This document shows positions 9,502 to 17,019 of a stretch of DNA of 17,019 bases, one piece after another (positions within the stretch are counted from its first letter, which is position 1; each line of letters opens with the position of its first letter). The position numbers and the translations under genes are program-made. The notes under the pieces were generated by a model. It was not told where the DNA came from, did not search any database, and saw nothing but the letters and a program-made list of their open reading frames with translations. Origin of the DNA: Ginkgo biloba (taxonomy: Eukaryota; Plantae; Ginkgophyta); NCBI GenBank assembly GCA_024626585.2, contig JANKJI020000002.1, positions 176,998,193-177,015,211 on the forward strand, in the 5' to 3' direction.

Positions 9502-12038
9502 TGTAGTTGATAATTGTAGATCTAATCTTGGATAACCTCTTGGGATCCACGAATCGTAAACAAATAAAAGGAACTCTTGCAAACTAGAAACTTAAAACTT
9601 GCCTAGATTAGACATGTAAGAGCAACTATGTTAGGCATACATATAATGACCTTAATAGGGTGCAAAATGGCCCAAAAAGAGATGGGGGAAAACCACCATA
9701 GATTATGTTGATGACTAATTTACAAGGCCTAACTACTACATATGAAAGGATTTGTAAATAATCCTAGAGGCACATGAGAATAGGACTAGTCAAGGTGCTC
9801 TAATGAATTATAACAATAGAAATAAGAGCACATTATCAATGTTGGTATGGGAAAGTGTTGAGGAAGGGGAAACCTAATAGAAAATGTATATTGTAATTAG
9901 TGTTCTCTAGAAGTTGCAAGCAAATCGCAACATGTCCCTAAGATCAAACACTTCTTAAAGATAATGTTTCCTAGAAACTTTAAAATTGGCAACAAGATAA
10001 ATCTCATCAAAGGTGATATGAAGATTGCCACAAGATAAACATGATCACAAATACAAGCACTTTATTAATAAAAAAAGGATGGCAAAGTTATTGGTGCATA
10101 ATTGTTTTATTAACTAAATGTGGGTCCTAGGTGTGGAAATCGCTATTAACAATGGGTCAATACAAATACTTGAGGATTTAACATGCATTAATTACACTTA
10201 AAATCATGGATTCAAAAGCATAGACATCAACACACATGAAATTGGGGTACAATTCCCATTTATTAATCGTCATCGTACACGGCATGATTACCAAGGAAGA
10301 AGCCTCTCATAGTTGTTCTGAAGTAATTGCTCTTGAATCTCATCTCTAGGAATGTGTTTCTCTCTATTATTTATATTTTTCTCTCTCCTATTAATTACAA
10401 ATGCCATGTCTCTTCATATGAAATGTCATAACCCTAATTAATGTTTCACGTCCCTTTATTAAATAACCTAAAAAAGNNNNNNNNNNNNNNNNNNNNNNNN
10501 NNNNNNNNNNNNNNNNNNNNNNNNNNNNNNNNNNNGCCTTTACTTCTTCTCTTTAATTGTTCCATTAATGCTTCTTCGGTCTATAATATTGATATGTTCG
10601 TATTGTATATAATAGTTTGTATTATATGGACAAGTCAGACACATCTGTACAAACAAATGTATGAATGTCCATATATATCATACTAATAGTATATGCAACT
10701 TTACTACTAATGTCACCTTGACTATATTTAATGTGATAGAGCTAATATCATCCTATTGCCATGAATGTTGCACTAGGTGTGGTGATTCCTTCATTANNNN
10801 NNNNNNNNNNNNNNNNNNNNNNCTTTTGTCATGGATATGACTATTTTTTGTTAATTTCATGTTATTGTATAATATATTGATGTCATTATTTTGGTGTAGC
10901 TACATCATCATTATGTCATCATTACGTCATTAATAGGTGCTACCATGTTATCATGCATCATAATAAGTTATTGCCACATCATTTTTCGGTTGTTATTACA
11001 TCATTAGTTAACGTCGTATCATCATGTTATTATTACATCACTAGTCATTGNNNNNNNNNNNNNNNNNNNNNNNNNNNNNNNNNNNNNNNNNNNNNNNNNN
11101 NNNNNNNNNNNNNNNNNNNNNNNNNNNNNNNNNNNNNNNNNNNNNNNNNNACTTTAACCAAGTTTGATCACATCAAACTACTTCTTAATTAATGTTGATG
11201 TCATTATTGTACTTTAGGTCAACTCATGATGCATTAACTACATCATAAATGCTCCTTAAGTTAATTGTCCTTAGCAATAAATACTTTCAATTTAGCTCAA
11301 CTTGTGTTGATCAACATTGATCATACTATAAATGTGTCTTATTTAATATTGACATCATTAATTATGTCTTAACTAAAGTTAGTTGTACCTTAGCATTAAA
11401 TGCAATNNNNNNNNNNNNNNNNNNNNNNNNNNNNNNNNNNNNNNNNNNNNNNNNNNNNNNNNNNNCCTTTAACCAGCAATTTGATTGCCTTTGACCAACA
11501 AATTTCTACCTTTGACCAATGATTTTTTATTGTTGATGTCATAAATGTCGTTGGCATGTCATCCCACGGACTACTATGTCATCCTTCAAACTACCACATC
11601 ATCATTTAGATTTTTTACCAATGAAATAGGGTTGTTTTGGCTTAGTTGACATTTTTTGACCGATTGTTTGATTGATTTTATCCTTGTTTAACGTAATTTT
11701 GTCATTTCTTAAGGTCATTTTGTCTTTTTTGCAGGTGGTTTTACCCTACTTATGGCAGTTTTATCTCTCCAAGGTGGTTTTGTCTTACCTTAAGTCAATT
11801 TTGCCTCTCCAAGGTGGTTTTGACTCTATTTCATCTTTTGTTCATGTCGCACCCTTTGTAGATGTCACATTGTCATTCATTGTAGTTAGATGAATCTTCT
11901 CGTTAGTTTGCATTATCAATTAGGAACAAATATCCTACAAACATCTCGTTGGACATTATTATCTTGAGTGTTTGAACTAAAGCAAGATACGCAAAAGTTT
12001 TTTGTCAGAGCTCAAGTATTGGGTGAGATAACTAGATA
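9502..12038 (-). repeat. Probable 3' LTR (about 2.5 kb including gaps)
   Basis: Follows the integrase tail and a purine-rich tract (GGATAAGAGTGTAGGGATGA, 12058-12039). Non-coding, rich in short degenerate tandem repeats, TATAAATA at 10375-10368, and ends ...CAACTACA next to microsatellite DNA. No second LTR or TSD in the window to confirm it. Confidence 0.4.
11676..11826. repeat. 19-21-bp degenerate tandem repeat, about 7.5 copies
   Basis: TTTT-anchored units at 11676, 11697, 11718, 11739, 11759, 11778, 11799 and 11818; CTCTCCAAGGTGGTTTTG is exact at 11765 and 11805. Confidence 0.85.
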
Positions 12039-12354
12039 TCATCCCTACACTCTTATCCATGAACAATTTTGAGGTCTCTGCATACATGTCTTCTTATTAT
12101 ATTTAACGAAAATGCTGCATAACTTCTTGCTAGATTGTTATCAAGTTGGCCTTCGCCTTGTTAGTGGTAGTAGTCGATCATAAAAAATGATAAATTAGAG
12201 AGTACCCATTTTGTTTTTTATGTTTTTCATTTTTTAAGGGTTTTTCATCATTTTTGGCTTTTATGGGTTTTTTACTCCTTTTCTATCTTTTTATTGACTT
12301 TGATGTAATTATTTGATCACTTCCATATCGCAATAGATATATAGTAGAAGGACA

Positions 12355-12535
12355 TATTTGTGAATCATGCAACCCTTATTTACTAATTTAGGTAACAATT
12401 TGTCATCAAATTGTCGGGTTATACGAAACCATTCTCATTCATGTGCTAAATCATATTAGGCTCAAGACAATGCTTCTTCACCCTTTCAAGTTTAGTGTGA
12501 AATTTACTTATCATATGATTTTACTTCATCCCGTA
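12355..12535 (-). pseudogene. Integrase C-terminal (GPY/F, SH3-like) remnant
   Basis: With frameshifts it reads RDEVKSYD/SKFHTKLERVKKHCLEPNMI*HMNENGFV*/FDDKLLPKLVNKGCMIHKY, collinear with the gypsy integrase tail pattern GDxVLLYDS...KL...WLGPY.V.....NG.V.L...DG..LP..VN..RLK.Y. Confidence 0.6.
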
Positions 12536-13227
12536 CACCACCATTCCATGCTTTTTATCACCACTTGTTGGCAAATTTGTATATCTCCATTTGACGAGGT
12601 ATATTATACATCTTCCATCAATTTTTTATGATTTTTTATGGCAGTTGAATTGTGCCATAAGAATCACTCAAACTCATAGCCTCTTAGTTGAAACTAAAAA
12701 CATTGTAAAGTTTACACTCAAAATTTTCCCTTCTCAGCAGTTAACATGTTTGAAGGTGCAAGGTGCCACTCTAATTAACTACAACTTTCATAGCATGAAT
12801 TTTGTTTTACGGTTTATTATTATTGTCTTTATTTAGTATTCCTTTGTTGTTTGGTTGAACTTTATTCTCTTCTACTAGGATGTCATAGTTTTTTCTATGT
12901 TAGAACATGCAATTTGATAAACCTTGTATGGTTCTTGTAACTAATTTACAATGAAGCAAGTTGAATCTTCTTTGTTCAAACTATTTTCCATCTCAATTTC
13001 TCCTTGACAATTCAACTCATAGTCTTTGGCTTTACACCTTGAACTACGTAGTGATAAGTTGATTTCAAATAGGATCTAGCAATAGATTCCTAAGATACAA
13101 TCATCTTAGAAGCATCATCNNNNNNNNNNNNNNNNNNNNNNNCATCTACAATTGTTCGCAAAGTCATTGGTTTCCTAGTGTATCATAAGGTAAAGGTATA
13201 ATGCCACTAGTCTTGTAAAGATTTAGT

Positions 13228-13450
13228 TTTGTGCCACCATCCTCTTCCTAGTAAGGTAGGGTTTGATCTACATTTGTAATACAACAAAGGACAGTTATAG
13301 AAGCATTCTCTATTGTACCTGTAGGTTGCACTTGGGATTGGTCTACGATTGTTAAAGTACAATTTGTTGGTATCATGGTTGGGCTTCCAATTGCCTTTTA
13401 TGTACTCTCTAATAGTAGGGAATGGTAAACCACCATCTTTTCCACCATAT
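13228..13450 (-). pseudogene. Retroviral-type aspartic protease remnant
   Basis: DGG at 13437-13429 (position expected for the degenerate active site), IGSPTMIPTNCTLTIVDQSQVQPTGTIENASITV from 13391, and after a frameshift PTLLGRGWWHK (13260-13228), matching the gypsy protease LLGRxW motif. Confidence 0.75.
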
Positions 13451-13859
13451 TGCCTAAGAATTACATGTATACATGGGGGTCATGTACAAGTTAGGGTGCA
13501 CATGTCTGAATGGAAGCCTTCTTGTATCCTTGGGAATGAAAGTTATCTTTTGTAATTGTTCTAGTTCCCAACACTAGAATCAAGTGGATAATTGAATGAT
13601 TAAGTTCAAGTCATTTGCAAATTGCTTGAAAGCCTCCAACTTTTGTTCATTAGTCAATGTAGTCGATATTATTAGCATTATCAAGGTTGCTTTTATTCCT
13701 TTGGGAATTTGTGTTTCTCTCCTAGGTTTACTTGATCAAACTTTTGGCGATGGCATTTCCTTAGGTGGATTTTTTCACACATATTTTCGTAATGTTTCCT
13801 ACGAATATGTTGAATCTCCAAACAAGCCTTCTCTGCTTGGAGTTTATTTTCTTCTTCAA

Positions 13860-16800
13860 CTACTCATAGGCCTCTTCTCTTATGGATTTTGCTTCTCTCT
13901 TGGGTTCTTCTTCTATGGTGAGGAAGTGATATTTCTCCTTTCCTGGGTTTAAGGAGTTGGCATTAATTGTGGTTGGTTTCTTAAATTCCTTCCCTCTTCT
14001 CATGCACATAGTCATGTCATATAATTTATCGGGCGTTTCACTAACCAAACTTATGTGCTTATTCTTCTTAGGACAATTTTCTAAAGCACGATTGCTTGGT
14101 TCGCAATCTTTGCATAACAAACCTTTATTATATAAGGGTAATCTCACAAGAGATTTCCTCACACCAAATACTTCATGCAATGTATGATAGGGGGTTGGTA
14201 TGTACAATTTGTGCCTTAGTAGTGAACATTTCAATTGACATTACCCCAATATCCACCTCGTTTCCCTCAACCATTTCCTTGTCCATTTTTCCTATTGTGA
14301 AAGTCAAAATACTAATGCTTCATATCATGTGTCTTTCTCACAAATCGCACACCATTTTTTCTTGGTGGTGGATTATTCATTTTGCTCAATAAATGTGTGC
14401 CCTATCTTATCATCCTAGTGTAGCACACATTTTCCTAAGTTGGTTCTCATTTCCTAAGTTTTAGTTTTGCAATCTCTACATGTAAAATCTCTATTTTTAT
14501 GTCCTTGTTATATGCCTTCTCTGTAATCTTGGTAACGTTTCTTACTAGGTAAGGTGCATAATTTGGAGGAAATTCATCATGATGCTAGGATTCCAAATGA
14601 GGGTTTTGCATGTCAATGCACATTTATTTTTCAAATGCCATATCTAAGTTTCAAACATGTTCTTAGGTTTCCATTAGATATTGTTACATNNNNNNNNNNN
14701 NNNNNNNNNNNNNNNNNNNNNNNNNNNNNNNNNNNNGTGATGACATTCTGAGCCTCAAGATTAGAGGCAAGAATTTGTAATCATTTGTAATAGGCTCTAA
14801 TAGTTTCATCATATCTTTGTGTAATTTCTCGCAATGCCTTCATAATAGATGCTGAATCACATAATTTTTAAAATTGATCTAGAAACAATTTTCTAATTAT
14901 AATCGAAGAATGATGGTGTACACATTAACACCATGATAAGGTTGGACATCAAAGAGGTAAAAAGAATCNNNNNNNNNNNNNNNNNNNNNNNNNNNNNNNN
15001 NNNNNNNNNNNNNNNNNNNNNNNNNNNNNNNNNNNNNNNNNNNNNNNNNNNNNNNNGTAAGATAGTGAGTTATATATCTAGATAATAACGAGTGGCAATC
15101 CTCTACTTGGTCCAAATCCATAACTATTATATCCTTTGTCATTGTTATTATTTCCATTATTAGAATTTTCTCTGTCGTTGTTAAAGTTTCCACTTCTATT
15201 GTTGTTAAAGTTTCTGCCCCATTTATTGAAGTTTCCTCCTCCATTGTAAATTTTTTTTCTTCCTTCTTTGTTGTTAACAACATGATTAAAGTTTCTTTTG
15301 TTATTAAATTTTCCGTTATTGTGATTAAAATTTCCTTCATCATTAAGAGTTTTGCCATTGTTGAAATTCTCGCCCTTGTTAAAATTTCCACCATTGTGGT
15401 TATTGTTAATGCCATATTATTATTATCACCATAATTTAAGTTACTTCTATCGTTGGATTGTTGAAGTTGAAGTCATGGAATCCACCATGATTTTGTTGGT
15501 TAACATCGCTAAAATTTTAANNNNNNNNNNNNNNNNNNNNNNNNNNNNNNNNNNNNNNNNNNNNNNNNNNNNNNNNNNNNNNNNNNNNNNNNNNNNNNNN
15601 NNNNNNNNNNNNNNNNNNNNGAAAGTGTTGCTTTGACAACCATATGTACTACTTTGATTTGTGGTGAATGCAATCAATCCTCCAAAGGTGTTGAAGTTAG
15701 GTTGGTTACCCTAACTCTGACCAAGACCCATGTTATTTTGATGCGTTGTTAAAGTTATTCATGTCTAGTTTGACATTGGATGAAATTTGCCCATTACGAG
15801 TACTCATTGATGAATTATTCAGGTTGAACGCACTTGTTCTAGCATTGAAGTAAGTTTGTGGCGACTTTGGGTCATTGAGGAAACTAATGTGGTATGTTCT
15901 AGTGCTACCACTAATCTATTGGCTAGGATTTGAGGCCTGACTACCCATTGACTGCTAAGGATGAAAATTCTCTAAATATCCTCAAAGCACCATCTCCTAT
16001 TGAGGTTTGGTCGTGTCGAGGGTTGAGTATGCCATATTTTTATATAAAGGGTTTTATCGAACTGTATAGGGAGTATAGGATTGTTGAGTTGTTGATGGCG
16101 AAGTTTGGCAAAATTCATTTGATTCAATTCCACATGGACTACTGGTGACGTCTTCAATTAAAACACTTAATAGCTTTTTAGCTTGTATCATCACAAAAAT
16201 TTTCTTAATTGATGTGGTTCATCCTTTACGAGTACCTTTATGCTTCAAATCTTGGGTCATTTTGCTCAATTGGCATATGCCTATGGTTGCTTGTTTAATT
16301 GTTTTGGCCTCAATAGGCTATTATTAATAATGTTGTAATTAAACTAACTAAAGACATGCTTATGTTTTCCGAAGTTACTTTTACTATTGAAGTTAGTAGT
16401 ATGGTTTCCCGTGTTGGTGTTAAGTGTGTTTTGTCCACTACTTGCTTGAATTTGACAAATGCTTTGTTGCTTACTAGTGTTATTATTATTGTTGCCAATG
16501 TTGGGATGGAACGTATTTTGGAAGCTACTCACACTAGTATTATTGCTATTCAATTTGAAGTGGTAGTCTTCTAGGTTATTATTCTTGCCATTTGATGGCT
16601 CATACTGAAGTTATTTTCTCTAGGTAGTGATAGTTGTGTTGGTGGGAAGTTCATATCATTTCCTCTTGGATACAAATTCTGCTCAAAGTCTAATGACTCA
16701 AGGGTTAAATTGGTTGCCGTTGTTGTATACAAGGGATTTTTATGCAAGGTATATAGTGATTATGACTCTTGCATGATTATTGCCGACTCTTGTTTAGATG

Positions 16801-16880
16801 TTGGTGATTTAGTTGAGCTAGAGTTATTGTTTATCTCTTCTATCATAACATTTCATTGTTTGTCTCCTTGAATCATGGGG
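13860..16880 (-). pseudogene. gag: Retrotransposon gag, disrupted
   Basis: IRKLFLDQF (about 14897-14871) and ALREITQRYDETIRAYYK*LQILAS (from 14837) match the Retrotrans_gag L..I.Q...E....Y..R pattern. CCHC-like remnants: TCRDCKTK (about 14480), KKKWCAICEK..H (about 14362-14325), LCKDCEPSNRALENCP (about 14115-14070). Boundaries approximate. Confidence 0.75.
15078..15416 (-). repeat. Coding-type repeat giving an Asn/Gly-rich (GNFNN-like) tract in gag
   Basis: Repeated GGAAA(T/C)TT(T/C)AA(T/C)AA units on the minus strand; 112 open codons in the N-rich frame. Confidence 0.8.
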
Positions 16881-17019
16881 AATGTCTTCGTTATTGATGT
16901 TGTCTTAAACTCAAAGATAAGGAGGTTTTGAAAATAATTGTAGATCTGAAACTGGAAGAGAAGACAAGAGTTTAGCAATAGAGTTTTATTGAGATATTCA
17001 AAAGTACATCATTCAAATG

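Larger units (their letters stand above)
9502..17019 (-). mobile_element. Degenerate Ty3/gypsy LTR retrotransposon (probably non-chromovirus, Tat/Athila-like); 5' end outside the window
   Basis: Minus-strand order: low-complexity Gag N-terminus, capsid-type segment, zinc-knuckle remnants, aspartic protease, integrase C-terminal remnant, PPT-like tract, LTR-like repetitive DNA. Many stops and frameshifts. The left boundary is tentative. Confidence 0.8.

Noticed and set aside
11672-11893. Hydrophobic 73-aa ORF with 7-aa periodicity
   Set aside because: Explained by a 19-21-bp DNA repeat whose unit lengths do not preserve frame; starts at a non-ATG codon.
12905-12960. FIVN*LQEPYKVY as a second integrase GPY motif
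   Set aside because: Lacks the flanking motifs seen at 12355-12535 and lies in the post-protease spacer; too weak.
14897-15415. 172-aa MALTITTMVEILT... ORF as a stand-alone gene
   Set aside because: Shifted-frame reading of the GNFNN repeat; it also spans an N-gap.
9510-16947. Shared 14-mer ATAATTGTAGATCT at 9510 and 16934 as a possible LTR pair
   Set aside because: The similarity does not extend, no primer-binding site is adjacent, and one AT-rich 14-mer match is plausible by chance in 17 kb.

Overview
AT-rich eukaryotic (land-plant-like) draft scaffold with 12 N-gaps; the supplied ORF track is mostly spurious. Left part (1-3551, minus strand): the first four coding exons of a spliced alpha/beta-hydrolase gene of the KANSL3/TEX30-like family (HGAG, FDYPY, GKSMG, CLGYPL motifs). 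No further exon was recognised in 1-1535, so the 3' part probably lies outside the window. Middle (about 5200-7680): a decayed, probably transposon-derived segment containing a cryptic ~135-bp tandem array. Right part (about 9500-17019, minus strand): an old, degenerate Ty3/gypsy LTR retrotransposon. It retains gag (with an Asn/Gly-rich GNFNN repeat and zinc-knuckle remnants), aspartic protease, only the C-terminal tail of integrase, and a probable long 3' LTR; no RT/RNase H/integrase core is visible. I cannot support a clearly new biological system. The best leads are the RT-less gag-protease element, its prion-like Gag repeat, the cryptic array, and an in-frame cryptic splice donor in the hydrolase gene.
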